Below, piece by piece: positions 50,347 to 61,212 of a stretch of DNA of 64,000 bases. Location: contig OZ251518.1 of the NCBI GenBank assembly GCA_965242965.1, positions 4,320,001 to 4,384,000 of the forward strand, read 5' to 3'. Origin of the DNA: Candidatus Poribacteria bacterium. Lineage in GTDB: Bacteria; Poribacteria; WGA-4E; WGA-3G. Made by a program: the position numbers and the translations under genes. The first letter of the stretch is position 1; every line of letters starts with the position of its first letter. The notes beneath the pieces are model-generated. The model saw only the letters and a list, made by a program, of their open reading frames with translations, searched no databases and had not been told where the DNA came from.

Positions 50347-51804
50347 ATGAACCAAAAACCGCACGTCCTACTCATCACGACAGACCACTGGCCCAACTCC
50401 CTGCTAGGAGTCAGCGGACACCCAAAAATCCAAACGCCGACGTTAGACGCGCTCGCGCGCGCAGGCACCCGTTTCACGCGCGGTTATAGCGAATGTCCAG
50501 TCTGTGTCCCCGCGCGAAAAACGCTCATGACAGGCACGCCGCCCCGCACTCACCGAGACAGGGTTTTCAACGACAGGCAAGGCTTAAACGGCATCCCGAC
50601 AATCGCGCAGACCTTCCGCGATGCCGGGTATCAGGCTTACGCTGTCGGCAAACTGCATGTCCATCCGCAGCGCAACCGCATCGGATTTGACGATGTCATC
50701 CTCGGCGAAGAAGGCAGACTGCAACACGGCGTAATAGACGATTATGAACTTTTCCTCGGCGACCGGGGTTATGCCGGACAGCAATTCGCCGGCGGCATGT
50801 GCAACAACGATTACCTCAACCGCCCCTGGCACCTCCCCGAAGACTGCCACGTCACGAATTGGAGCACGCAACAGATGGTGCGCATGCTCAAACGCCGAGA
50901 TCCGACGCGGCCAGGGTTCTGGTATCTCTCCTACTGCCATCCGCATCCGCCTTTGGCACCGCTGCAGTGCTACATGGACATGTATCGCGATAGCGGCGTG
51001 GACATGCCGTATTGCGGCGAGTGGGCAGCCGATACCGATAATTTGCCGTGGCCCTTAAAAGCGCGTCAGATGCAAGACGCGCATTTCACCGAAGACCTGG
51101 TTCGTTCCGCGCGTCAGGCATTTTACGCGCTTTGCACGCACATCGATCATCAGTTGCGCGTCGTTATCGGCACACTGCGCGAAGAAGGATTGCTCAACAA
51201 CACAATTATCCTCTTTACGTCCGACCACGGTGACATGCTCGGCAACCATCAGTTATGGGCAAAACGGCTCTTTTACGAAGATTCCGCCAACGTCCCGATG
51301 CTCCTCGTCGGCACCGCAGGCGATGAACGCGTTGGGAATCACCGCGTTGACGATAGACTCGTCGGCTGGCAAGACGTGATGCCGACGCTGCTCCACCTCG
51401 CAGGGATTGATGTCCCGGAAACGGTAGAAGGCATCCCTATGGTAGGCGATGAAAAACGCGAGTGGCTGTATGGCGAATGTAGCGAAGGCGCGAACGCGAC
51501 GCGCATGATTCACGACGGCCGTTTCAAACTCATCTACTACGCCACCGGCAACTGCACGCAACTCTTCGATTTACAGGAAGACCCGAGTGAGTTGCATAAC
51601 CTTGCAGACTCATCTGCGCACGCCTACACCGTTGCACGCTTGACGAACCACCTCATCGGTGAACTCTACGGCGGCGATGAAAACTGGGTGCAAGACGGTG
51701 CTCTCGTCGGCTTGTCAGACAGAGAGTATCGTCCCTCTCCGAATCGGGCGTTATCGGGACAACGCGGGCTGCATTGGCCCCCGCCGCCATCTGCGGGCCG
51801 TTGA
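50347..51804 (+). CDS. Cys-type sulfatase
   Basis: CVPARKTLMTG (CxPxR), GKLH, TSDHGDMLG; start MNQKPHV after GAGGA RBS. Confidence 0.93.
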   Translation: MNQKPHVLLITTDHWPNSLLGVSGHPKIQTPTLDALARAGTRFTRGYSECPVCVPARKTLMTGTPPRTHRDRVFNDRQGLNGIPTIAQTFRDAGYQAYAVGKLHVHPQRNRIGFDDVILGEEGRLQHGVIDDYELFLGDRGYAGQQFAGGMCNNDYLNRPWHLPEDCHVTNWSTQQMVRMLKRRDPTRPGFWYLSYCHPHPPLAPLQCYMDMYRDSGVDMPYCGEWAADTDNLPWPLKARQMQDAHFTEDLVRSARQAFYALCTHIDHQLRVVIGTLREEGLLNNTIILFTSDHGDMLGNHQLWAKRLFYEDSANVPMLLVGTAGDERVGNHRVDDRLVGWQDVMPTLLHLAGIDVPETVEGIPMVGDEKREWLYGECSEGANATRMIHDGRFKLIYYATGNCTQLFDLQEDPSELHNLADSSAHAYTVARLTNHLIGELYGGDENWVQDGALVGLSDREYRPSPNRALSGQRGLHWPPPPSAGR

Positions 51805-52061
51805 GATACCTCGGGTTTTGATGCATCCCGGTAGGAGAGACCTCCTGGTCTCGATGTATTCCAGTAGGAGAGACCTCCTGGTCTCGATTCTATTTGCGAT
51901 CAGGCGATCGCAAACTACAGAACGGGGAGGATTCGATGTCCCCCGGTAGGAGAGACCTCCTGGTCTCGATGCATTCCGTCCTTCGGATTCGGGACCGGGA
52001 GGTCCCTCCTATGCGAGAAAATGGCATTCGCACCAAAAACTAAATGCCTCAGCCTTAAACG

Positions 52062-53819
52062 ATGAACACTGCAACCCGACAAAAATTCAGTGACGAAGAA
52101 CTCCGCCGCCAACTGCGCCTCGGCGAGGACAGTTATTGGGAATTTAAGCAGATTGAATTCGCTGGTAATGTTCCCAAGAGTCCTCGTCGCGATGACCTCG
52201 CAGACGAATTCGCCGCCTTCGCGAATGCAGATGGCGGTGTAGTGCTGTGCGGCGTGAAAAACAGCGGCGAGGTGCAAGGCATGTCGCGCGCACAGATGGA
52301 CGCACTTGAACGGATCTTGGTGGAGCTCTGCACCGATTCCATTAAACCGCCGATTCGTCCCACTATTCTTCGCAGAGAAGTAGAGGAAGGACAACCGTTC
52401 CTCCTCGTTGAAATCCCGCAAGGCTCTGATGTGCACGAAAGCCCAGGGGGCAGCTATCTCCGCGTCGGAAGCTCAAAGAACAAGATGACGAACGATGAAC
52501 GGCTACGCTTGGCTCAGCGGCGTGGACAAGCGCGCTTCCTCTGGTTTGATAAACAGCCTGTCCCAGAAACCGGCTTCGGCACTTTAGATGAAGCACTTTG
52601 GAAACCGCTGTTAAGCACGGAAGGGGCTATCAACCCCGAAGCGGCACTAGAGAAAATGGGACTTCTCACTCGCGACGAAAACGGGACAACGCGAGCCACA
52701 GTCGCCGGAGTCCTTTTCTGCAGCCGCACCCCGGAGCAGTGGCTACCAAACGCTTGCATCACCGCCAACTATTATCATGGCGAAGAGCGCGCCTCTGGAC
52801 AGATCGATACGCAGACAATTACCGGACCGCTGAACGAACAAATAGAGAATGCCCTCGCCTTTTCTATCAGAAATATGCGCGTTGGTGCATACAAAAGCCC
52901 GGCTCGCACCGACTTGCCGCAATATAGCGAAGCTGCACTCTTTGAAGCCATCGTCAACGCTGTCGCCCACCGTGATTATTCCATTCACGGCAGCCGCATT
53001 CGCCTTTCAATGTTCGCGGAACGCATTGAAATCAATTCGCCCGGCGGCTTGCCGAATAACTTGACACTTGATAGCATGGGATTGCGTCAATCAACGCGCA
53101 ACGAAACCATCGCATCGGTGCTCGGCCGAATACCTGTCAGGAATGTCCGAGGAGCCGGTGACCGGCAGTTCTTCATGGAGCGGCGCGGGGATGGAGTGCC
53201 AACTATCCGACGTGAAACACAGGCATTGAGCGGGAAACTACCGGAGTACCAACTCATTGATGACGCTGAACTCTCCCTTAAAATTCCCGCCGCCGCCACG
53301 GAGCCGACACCGGCCACTGCCGTTATCTGGGCTCGCCACGCAGGCACGCCGATACCGAAGGTGGAATTGTTAGCACTGTTTCCGAATGAGACATCGCAGT
53401 ACGTCGCCACGGACTATGCTGGCAAGGCGCGCGTTGAGCTGCACTCCACGCATTTTCCGATGATAGTATTTGCGGCCGCGCCGGGCTTCGCCGCGCATGT
53501 TGAACTCGATTGGGTGCCGGCGCAAGGCGCGCTTGCAATTGAAATGCAAAAATTGTCCGATGGCGGCTCGGTTATCTTTCCTGAAGCAACAGGCAGTCTT
53601 CCCGGTTTGAGAGGCCATTTGAATCCGATTCTCGATGCGCACGAACGCACCTATCTCTATGCATCTAACATTGCTATCAACGAGGGACAACCGCAACCTG
53701 TCCATTTCATTCCCGGTGAAGAGTTGCGCCTCACCGATGCCTATGGAAAAGAATTGATGGCGCGCATCGTCGCAATTACCGGCAGATCTGCATTAGTGGA
53801 ATATCGTCAGATTCAGTAA
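52062..53819 (+). CDS. Schlafen/AlbA_2 + HATPase-like (RecG-C type) protein with extra beta-rich C-terminus
   Basis: GEDSYWEFK, AFANADGG, EAIVNAVAHRDY, SPGGLP, RNE.IA, MERRGDG. Confidence 0.88.
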   Translation: MNTATRQKFSDEELRRQLRLGEDSYWEFKQIEFAGNVPKSPRRDDLADEFAAFANADGGVVLCGVKNSGEVQGMSRAQMDALERILVELCTDSIKPPIRPTILRREVEEGQPFLLVEIPQGSDVHESPGGSYLRVGSSKNKMTNDERLRLAQRRGQARFLWFDKQPVPETGFGTLDEALWKPLLSTEGAINPEAALEKMGLLTRDENGTTRATVAGVLFCSRTPEQWLPNACITANYYHGEERASGQIDTQTITGPLNEQIENALAFSIRNMRVGAYKSPARTDLPQYSEAALFEAIVNAVAHRDYSIHGSRIRLSMFAERIEINSPGGLPNNLTLDSMGLRQSTRNETIASVLGRIPVRNVRGAGDRQFFMERRGDGVPTIRRETQALSGKLPEYQLIDDAELSLKIPAAATEPTPATAVIWARHAGTPIPKVELLALFPNETSQYVATDYAGKARVELHSTHFPMIVFAAAPGFAAHVELDWVPAQGALAIEMQKLSDGGSVIFPEATGSLPGLRGHLNPILDAHERTYLYASNIAINEGQPQPVHFIPGEELRLTDAYGKELMARIVAITGRSALVEYRQIQ

Positions 53820-53964
53820 TTATGGCAATTCCCGTTCGTCGTGCCCTGTTAGAGAAAACAAGGTTTGCAGTAAAAACCTTGCGCGAAACGGTTGAAAGAT
53901 GGTAAACTAAAAGAAGATTTTGATGACACCGAGCAATTCAGCATAAAAAAAGGAGACACGGAAA

Positions 53965-54732
53965 ATGATTTCCCAAACAGACATTCAAGCAACTTGCGAT
54001 GACATCGTTCGCGAATTCGCACCGCTCCAAATTATCCTCTTCGGTTCCTATGCCTACGGCACACCGACAGATCACTCCGATGTCGATCTACTGGTAGTCA
54101 TGCCGATTCCCCAATCGGAAACGCGACAGCAGGAATTGGAGATTCAGCGACGAATACCACGCCGCTTCCGCATGGATTTACACGTTCGCTCACCGGCGGA
54201 GATTGCCTATCGCGTCTCATATAACGATTGGTTTCTGCGCGAAATCCTCGAAAAAGGAGATGTGCTTTATGAAGTCAGTGCCTCCCGCACGGATTTCTTG
54301 AAAATAACGCCGGAAATAAACCAATTGCCCGATAAGGAAACGGGATTCGTGAATCCACTGACACTTGAATATATCGAGAAGGCGGAAGGCGATTATGCTG
54401 ACGCAAAGTGGCTGCAGCAAGCACCGAAACCGAACTATGACAACATTTGCTTCCACGCGCAACAGGCGATAGAAAAGTATCTCAAGGCGTGGTTGCAAGA
54501 GACAAACCGCCCGGTACCGAGTACGCACAATTTGGTGGAGCTGCTTGATTTGATTGTGCCAGTCCTTCCCGCGTGGAACAGATGGCGCGACGACTTTTCA
54601 CTGTTTACCAAACATGCCGTGGATTCTCGCTATCCCGGCCATTTCGCGACTGCGGCTGACGCGGCGAACGCTATGCGCATCTGCACCGAAGTCTGTCAGG
54701 CAATTCGTGCGATACTGATGCCGATGCCATAA
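53965..54732 (+). CDS. Minimal nucleotidyltransferase (MNT)-HEPN fusion
   Basis: LFGSYAYG.P...SDVDLLV; KAEGDY, CFHAQQAIEKYLKA, THNL, RYPG. Confidence 0.88.
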   Translation: MISQTDIQATCDDIVREFAPLQIILFGSYAYGTPTDHSDVDLLVVMPIPQSETRQQELEIQRRIPRRFRMDLHVRSPAEIAYRVSYNDWFLREILEKGDVLYEVSASRTDFLKITPEINQLPDKETGFVNPLTLEYIEKAEGDYADAKWLQQAPKPNYDNICFHAQQAIEKYLKAWLQETNRPVPSTHNLVELLDLIVPVLPAWNRWRDDFSLFTKHAVDSRYPGHFATAADAANAMRICTEVCQAIRAILMPMP

Positions 54733-54744
54733 TTTTCGAGGAAC

Positions 54745-55222
54745 GTAGCGCGGGGGCCTGTCCCCCGCGATCGTTGTCCGTACTCTGTAGGGCAAGATCG
54801 CCTGATCTTGCCGTTCGGGAGCAGGTGCTCCCGAACTACGGTCTTTTATAGGATCCGGGCACGGCGAGGGACAGGCCCTCGCCCTACGGTAATATGGAGC
54901 GTTTTTTTTCACCGTAGCGCGGGGGCCTGTCCCCCGCGATCGTTGTCCGTACTCTGTAGGGCAAGATCGCCTGATCTTGCCGTTCGGGAGCAGGTGCTCC
55001 CGAACTACGGTCTTTTATAGGATCCGGGCACGGCGAGGGACAGGCCCTCGCCCTACGGTAATATGGAGCATTTTTCCCGTAGCGCGGGGGCCTGTCCCCC
55101 GCGATCGCCCGACCCGCGCGAAAAACGCCCACCGACCAAGGCCATTTCCTTCCCGATCTAGGCACGGCGAGGGAAACCCGCTCGGATGCGCGTGTGGCAT
55201 CCGAGGGCCCAAGCCCTACGGT
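54745..55222. repeat. Tandemly duplicated (about 169 bp) composite REP unit
   Basis: Near-identical units starting at about 54745 and 54914, partial third. Confidence 0.9.
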
Positions 55223-55299
55223 AAAACGTGACGGTTTGGAAAACTCTCAAACCACAGAACTAGAATAACTAAATCGTCATGAAAAAAACAACTCATATC

Positions 55300-55328
55300 T
55301 TGACAAAAATGCAGAAATCATATAAAAT
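55300..55328 (+). promoter_or_regulatory. Sigma70-like promoter
   Basis: TTGACA-17 bp-TAAAAT. Confidence 0.65.
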
Positions 55329-55417
55329 AAACACAGGTTTTCCACAAACCTTATCGTAATTTTTTAATTCTCAGGACTTACGCAAACTCACGTTGCGTTA
55401 ACACGAAAGGAAGAAAA

Positions 55418-55768
55418 ATGTTAGCTGAAATACGTCAAAGAGAAGGTATCATTGTCATTCGGCCCACCGGACGCATGATCGGTGCGGCAAACGCAGAACT
55501 CCGACAGCAGATTAGCGAGGAACTAGAGGAACACTTTGAAGCACCCAAGGTCCTCTTTAACTTGGAGGCGGTCACGCGGATGGATAGTAGCGGGCTCGGC
55601 ACGCTTGTCTCCGCGCATGTCACCACCTCCCGAAAAGGTGGCCGCACCGCACTTGTCAACGCCGGCGCGCACATCAGAAACCTCCTCGTCCTCGGACGGC
55701 TGATGACTGTGTTCGAGACCTACGATACTGAAGATGAAGCCATCGTCGCGATGACTGCGGATAACTAA
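55418..55768 (+). CDS. STAS-domain anti-sigma factor antagonist
   Basis: V.RMDSSGLGTLV phosphoacceptor motif. Confidence 0.92.
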   Translation: MLAEIRQREGIIVIRPTGRMIGAANAELRQQISEELEEHFEAPKVLFNLEAVTRMDSSGLGTLVSAHVTTSRKGGRTALVNAGAHIRNLLVLGRLMTVFETYDTEDEAIVAMTADN

Positions 55769-55874
55769 GAAACCGGGAAACCCCGGATTGACTCGGGTTG
55801 TCGCGAACACGCGTTCGCGACAACCCGCGCCTCTAAATCGTGGTAGGCGAGGGACAAGAGCCCTTACCCTACCA

Positions 55875-56203
55875 CGATCGCGGGGGACAGGCCCCCGCGC
55901 TACGGGAAAAAACGGCCCGGGTTACCGTAGGGCGAGGGCCTGTCCCTCGCCATGCCCCGGTAGGCAGGACATCCCTGTCCCGATAGGTTCAACATTGACA
56001 CCGGGAACGCTCTCCTACGCGGAGGGGGAATCGAGACCAGGAGGTCTCTCCTACCGGAGAGCATCGAGACCAGGAGGTCTCTCCTACCGGGGAAAGTCGA
56101 GACCGGGAGGTCTCTCCTACCGGGGCATCGGGTCCTCCCCTCTCTGTAGTTTGCGATCGCCTGATCGCAAACAGAGCATCAAGACCTGGAGGGCTCTCCT
56201 ACC
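55875..56203. repeat. Composite REP cluster
   Basis: Tandem TCGAGACCAGGAGGTCTCTCCTAC plus other types. Confidence 0.88.
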
Positions 56204-56226
56204 GGGGAGAATGGAAAAGGAGATTT

Positions 56227-57396
56227 ATGGCACATCAGCATAGCCTGACACTCACCGTGAACGCGGGCTACCACAACAGGGATGGATGCCCCGTTATCGT
56301 CACTGGCAGCCATCCCGGCATCAGCCGATTCGCAAACCGCGAGGTTATCTTAACCGATATAGAGAGCGGCGATGTCATCGCGGCGCAGTGCAATGCCACT
56401 GATAACGGCAAAGAGACGACTTTGGCATGGATCCTTGATAACCTCGCCGCCGGCACCTCGCGGACTTACACCCTCACGGAGGGAACCGTCGCGGACGATA
56501 CCGGCGTTCAACTCAACGACGAAGCGGAGACGATCGGTGTTACGCTGAACGGGCGGCCGTTCACAACGTTCCGCTACGGCAAATCGCAGTTTCGTCCTTA
56601 CTTCTTCCCAGTGTTAGGACCGGAAGGACGCGAAGTGACGCGCGGCGAAACGAGCGACATCTCGAAGGACCACGTGCATCACCGCTCCCTCTATGTCGCA
56701 TACGGCGAAGTTAACGACGTAGATCTCTGGGGCGAAGGGAGCAACTCAGGCAGGGTTGTCCATCAAGGTTTCACCGAGAAGCACGGCGGTGCTGTCGTCG
56801 GCAGGATTTACACCGACAACACTTGGGAGACGCGCGATGGCGACATCCTGATGGCAGACACGCAACACTTCCGCATCTACAATCTGCCGGAAGACGCAGC
56901 CCTCATCGATCTGGATTTAACCTTCATCGCCTCTGTCGGAGATGTCCACTTCGGCGATACGAAAGAGGGCGGCATCATGTCGATCCGCGTGCATCCCTCA
57001 ATGAACGCCGCCGATGGCGGGAAGATAGAGAACGCGTTCGGTGGTATCAATGAAGGTGAGACGTGGGGCAAGCGCGCCCATTGGTGCGATTATTCCGGCG
57101 TAGTTGCTGGCATACCTGTCGGCATCGCAGTGTTTGACCATCTCGTTAACCCGCGGTATCCCACCTACTGGCATGTCCGAAACTACGGGCTGATGGGGAG
57201 CAACATCTTTGGCGGCGGCACTTTTGAAGGTGACAAATCCAAAGACGGCTCCTATACGCTCAAAAAAGGGGAGGAGATGCACTTTCGTTTCCGCGTGCTG
57301 ATTCATGCAGGGGATGCAACCGTCGGCAGAGTGGGACAGAAGTATCACGATTTTATCAATCCACCAGCGGTTGAAGTTACCGGCCCCAGCGCGTAG
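56227..57396 (+). CDS. DUF6807/'PmoA-family' beta-sandwich protein (not methane monooxygenase)
   Basis: RPYFFPV..P.G..VTR, DHVHHRSL, DLW, FGDTKEG, W.DYSG, NPRYPT.WHVR.YGL; soluble. Confidence 0.75.
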   Translation: MAHQHSLTLTVNAGYHNRDGCPVIVTGSHPGISRFANREVILTDIESGDVIAAQCNATDNGKETTLAWILDNLAAGTSRTYTLTEGTVADDTGVQLNDEAETIGVTLNGRPFTTFRYGKSQFRPYFFPVLGPEGREVTRGETSDISKDHVHHRSLYVAYGEVNDVDLWGEGSNSGRVVHQGFTEKHGGAVVGRIYTDNTWETRDGDILMADTQHFRIYNLPEDAALIDLDLTFIASVGDVHFGDTKEGGIMSIRVHPSMNAADGGKIENAFGGINEGETWGKRAHWCDYSGVVAGIPVGIAVFDHLVNPRYPTYWHVRNYGLMGSNIFGGGTFEGDKSKDGSYTLKKGEEMHFRFRVLIHAGDATVGRVGQKYHDFINPPAVEVTGPSA

Positions 57397-57547
57397 GCAA
57401 CGCTCGCGGGGGCCTGTCCCCCGCGCTACGGTGAAAAAAAACGCCCCGGGTTACCGTAGGGCGAGGGCCTGTCCCTCGCCATGCAACGGTTTTCCGCGTA
57501 GGGCTTGGGCCCTCGCCATGCCTCAATCAATCAAAGGAGATTCAAAC

Positions 57548-58621
57548 ATGTCTATCCGCACTATCCACGTTGGATGCACCCACTTTGCGCACGGCCGCTT
57601 GCAGGCACAGATTAACGCAACTGGCTTAGAACCAGTCGCGTGTGTCGACATCGATCTTGAGGCGGCGCGCGCGGGCGTTGCCAACCTTCAAGGCGATGTC
57701 CCCGAACACCTCGCCGAACGTATCTATACGACGATAACGGAAGCGAAAGAGAAGCACGACGCGCAAGCATGCCTTATCTACGCCTCAACAACGGCGCACG
57801 CCAAACTCATCATTGAGAGCCTGAACCTCGGCATGCACACCCTCTGCGTCAAGCCGATTGCGACGACGCAGGCGGAGTTCCGCGAGATTATTCAGGCGTA
57901 TCAGGCGAACCCGGGGCTCATGCTCGTGCAGGGACAGAACAAACGGTGGAACCCCGCCGCAGCGAAAATGCGCGAATGGCTCCGTGAAGAAAACGGCATC
58001 GGCGAAATGTTAGCAGGCGAATGCAGATTCTGGATACGCCAGAATCTGTTCACCGGGCCCGACTCCCGACAACCCGATGCATACGTCGATGGGCTCTTCT
58101 TCCACGCCGGCACGAGTCACCAGTTGGACCAGCTCGTCGCCGCGAAGGGATTGCCGAAGTATGTCACGGCGCACATCCATAATCGTCGAGACCCGGCACT
58201 CGGACAAATTGAGGCTTGGGGAACCGCGGGCGGCAACGCGCTCATGGAATATGCCAACGGCGCATCGTTCTCTTACGCCGGCACGCGCGCAGGACATACC
58301 TCTCCCTTCGGCTGGAGTGGACATTGGACATTCCACGGCGAAAACGGTGATCTGCGCCGAGATGCAGGACACCTACAACTCTTCCGAACGGGAACATGCG
58401 TTGAAGACGTAACTCTGCAGGACCTGCACGCCGGGCTCATTGAGGATGACAGGCTGCAATTTGACGCATTCGCCGATGCGATTACCAACGGCATTGACAG
58501 GGAATGGATGCAGGAGACAACCCTCGGCACTTGGGTGCTGATGGAGGCATGCAACGAATCGGCGCGAACGCATGCGCGCGTTGATGTGGAAGCATTCGCC
58601 GCGAAGATGCTTGGCAATTGA
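57548..58621 (+). CDS. Gfo/Idh/MocA-family oxidoreductase
   Basis: Rossmann N-terminus, H.LCVKPIA (EKP variant), SHQLD; AAGGAG RBS. Confidence 0.85.
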   Translation: MSIRTIHVGCTHFAHGRLQAQINATGLEPVACVDIDLEAARAGVANLQGDVPEHLAERIYTTITEAKEKHDAQACLIYASTTAHAKLIIESLNLGMHTLCVKPIATTQAEFREIIQAYQANPGLMLVQGQNKRWNPAAAKMREWLREENGIGEMLAGECRFWIRQNLFTGPDSRQPDAYVDGLFFHAGTSHQLDQLVAAKGLPKYVTAHIHNRRDPALGQIEAWGTAGGNALMEYANGASFSYAGTRAGHTSPFGWSGHWTFHGENGDLRRDAGHLQLFRTGTCVEDVTLQDLHAGLIEDDRLQFDAFADAITNGIDREWMQETTLGTWVLMEACNESARTHARVDVEAFAAKMLGN

Positions 58622-58689
58622 AGGCTTACCCAAATTTTCGTAGGTTCTCTCTTCAGGTCTGTAGGACTTTCAAGCACCGTTTTTTTTTC

Positions 58690-59185
58690 GTAGCGCGGGG
58701 GCCTGTCCCCCGCGATGGCTCAAGCACCGTTTTTTTTCGTAGCGCGGGGGCCTGTCCCCCGCGATCGTTGGAGTACGCGTGCATGAACAATGGCGAGGGA
58801 CAGGCGTTTTTCCAGTGTGTTTCCCCTTCTGTAGTTTGTGATCGCCTGATCACAAACAGGTCAGGATCAGGCGATCCTGACCTACAGGTGTGATGCGGTT
58901 TGATAGCCAAACGCATGGCGAGGGACAGGCCCGCGCCCTACGATGAAAGGGAACTTTTCTCCGCCCGTAGCGCGGGGGCCTGTCCCCCGTGATCGTTGGA
59001 GTGCGCGGACGATGGCGAGGGAAACCCGCTCGCATGCGCGTGTGGCATGCGAGGGCCCAAGCCCTACGATGAAAGGGGCCCTATTGCATCGAGACCGGGA
59101 GGTCTCTCCTACGGGAGCATCGCTTCGGGTAGGCGGGACATCCTTGTCCCGATACGCACATCGAGACCGGGAGGTCTCTCCTACG
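58690..59185. repeat. Composite REP cluster
   Basis: At least five GTAG hairpin types. Confidence 0.88.
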
Positions 59186-59272
59186 GGAACATCGCTGGCA
59201 TCGAGAAAAACCGCCTAATCCAGAACGTAAGGACAGATTTCTATAATTATCCACATGCAACGGAGAACAGAC

Positions 59273-60910
59273 ATGCAATCTCCACACGGAATCACAGCAT
59301 CAGCGTTTCGCCCATCCGTGATGGGTAGAAACGGGATGGTTACCTCCGGCCACGCGCTCGCCTCGCAGGCCGGGATTCAGACGATGATGGCAGGCGGCAA
59401 CGCCGTCGATGCCGCCATCGCAACCGCCGCCGCGCTCGGCGTAGTTGAACCCGCCGGCTCCGGTGTCGGCGGCGATGGGTTTATCCTCATCTATTGGGCG
59501 AAAACCGGACAAGTCGCCGCGGTGAATGCTACGGGGCCCGCGCCGCGCGCCGCCACTCGCGAAACCTATCTCAAAACCGGCGGCATTCCGATGAAAGGCA
59601 TGCGAAGCGTCTCGGTGCCGGGACTCGTTGATGGCTGGCTCCTCGCGCACGAACGTTACGGGAAACTCTCCTTGGCCAAGGCCTTTGAACCGGCGGTATC
59701 CCTCTGTGAGGACGGGTTTCCGATCAGTTATCGGCTTGCCAACGGCCTCCGCGGCGAACTCGCGCGTTTCGCCGCCGAACCGGACAGCCGCGCCATCTTC
59801 ACAGACGACGGTGAACCACTCGCCCCCGGCGAACTGCTCTATAACAAGAATCTCGGCGCAACGCTGCGGAAAATCGCGAAGGCGGGACGCGAGGTGTTCT
59901 ATGAAGGCGAAATCGCCAAAGCCATCGGCGAATTTAGCCAGAACCACTACGGACTGCTCACCGCCGATGACCTGGGGGATTACCACGCGCATTGGGCAGA
60001 ACCGATTCACGTCAACTACCGCGGCTATGAAGTCTACGAGATGCCGCCCAATTCTAGCGGACACATCCTGCTGCAAGAGTTGAACATCGTTGAGTTGTTT
60101 GACATGCAAGAACTCGGATGCAACACCGCTGAAAGCGTGCATCTGATGGTGGAAGCGAAAAAACTCGCCTTCGCCGACCGGGAGAAATACATGGCTGACC
60201 CGGGCTGGGTGGACATTCCGTTGGAAGGTATGTTGTCTAAAACTTATGCCGCCGAACAGGCTGAACGCATCGAACGAGGCACCGCGGCCGTTGATGTCCC
60301 CGCCGGCGCACCGGAGGCACACGAAGATACTACCTGCTTCTGCACAGCGGACAGGGAGGGAAACCTCGTCTGTGTGCTACAGAGCATTCAATCCGGGTTC
60401 GGTTCTAGCCTCGTCGCCGGTGATACCGGTATCCTGCTGAACAACCGTATGACCTATTGGCATTTGGAGGAGGGGCATCCGAACTGCCTGATGCCGGGCA
60501 AGCGTGTCCGCCACACGATGAATCCTGTCATCGTTACAAAAGATGGGAAGCCGTTGATAGCATGCGGCACGCCGGGCGCGGATACACAGGTGCAAACGAA
60601 TCTGCAACTCGTGACGCATATCCTTGATTTCGGAATGACACCCCAAGAGGCAGTCTCCGCACCGCGCTGGCGCAGTTTGCAGAACCCGATGGAATCGACA
60701 ATCCCGCACGTCTGCTCTAACGCTCTTCAGTTAGAGGGCAGATTTCCTGTCGAAGTGCAGGAGAGTTTAGCAGGCAAAGGACATGAACTCCAGATACTTA
60801 ACGATTGGGGCGGTCCCGGCAGTGCGCAGGTTATCATGGTTCACCCGCAATCTGGTGCGCTCATCGGCGGCTCCGATCCGAGGACTGATGGATATGCCAT
60901 CAGTTTTTAA
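59273..60910 (+). CDS. ggt: Gamma-glutamyltransferase family protein
   Basis: GGNAVDAA, SGVGGDGF, VSVPG, DTT nucleophile, LLNNRM, PGKR..HT, GGSDPR. Confidence 0.92.
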   Translation: MQSPHGITASAFRPSVMGRNGMVTSGHALASQAGIQTMMAGGNAVDAAIATAAALGVVEPAGSGVGGDGFILIYWAKTGQVAAVNATGPAPRAATRETYLKTGGIPMKGMRSVSVPGLVDGWLLAHERYGKLSLAKAFEPAVSLCEDGFPISYRLANGLRGELARFAAEPDSRAIFTDDGEPLAPGELLYNKNLGATLRKIAKAGREVFYEGEIAKAIGEFSQNHYGLLTADDLGDYHAHWAEPIHVNYRGYEVYEMPPNSSGHILLQELNIVELFDMQELGCNTAESVHLMVEAKKLAFADREKYMADPGWVDIPLEGMLSKTYAAEQAERIERGTAAVDVPAGAPEAHEDTTCFCTADREGNLVCVLQSIQSGFGSSLVAGDTGILLNNRMTYWHLEEGHPNCLMPGKRVRHTMNPVIVTKDGKPLIACGTPGADTQVQTNLQLVTHILDFGMTPQEAVSAPRWRSLQNPMESTIPHVCSNALQLEGRFPVEVQESLAGKGHELQILNDWGGPGSAQVIMVHPQSGALIGGSDPRTDGYAISF

Positions 60911-60993
60911 TCCATCGCAACGGTGAATTTCCATATCGCTCAGATTGCATCGGCAGATTGCTATATCTGTTCGGTTTGTAAAAAGGAAACATC

Positions 60994-61212
60994 ATGCAAG
61001 CGTTCAAAATTATCGTTGAAAAACACGCCGATGGGTATATCGGCTATCCGCTTGGGCTGAAAGGCACTGTCATCGGACAGGGGGACACCTTCAAGGAAAC
61101 TGTCGATGACGTAACCTCCGCTATCCAAGTCTATCTTGAGAACTTCGGGCCAGAAGAACTTGAGGTAGAAGAACCTGCCTTGGACGTGTTCATCGCGGAA
61201 GTGACAGTCTGA
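60994..61212 (+). CDS. HicB-family antitoxin-like protein
   Basis: IIVEKH.DGY.GYPLGL.G.VIGQGDT..E...DV.SAI. Confidence 0.8.
   Translation: MQAFKIIVEKHADGYIGYPLGLKGTVIGQGDTFKETVDDVTSAIQVYLENFGPEELEVEEPALDVFIAEVTV

Noticed and set aside
55373-55400. AGGACTTACGCA motif (variant at 13619) as another element end
   Set aside because: No inverted partner or target duplication seen, so too little to call an element
56227-57396. Methane monooxygenase pmoA
   Set aside because: Soluble protein without TM helices, no pmoB/pmoC; the family name is misleading
59300-60322. Long antisense ORFs (also 40698-41651, 63151-63954, 6362-7129)
   Set aside because: Shadows of well-supported sense genes, with no recognisable motifs
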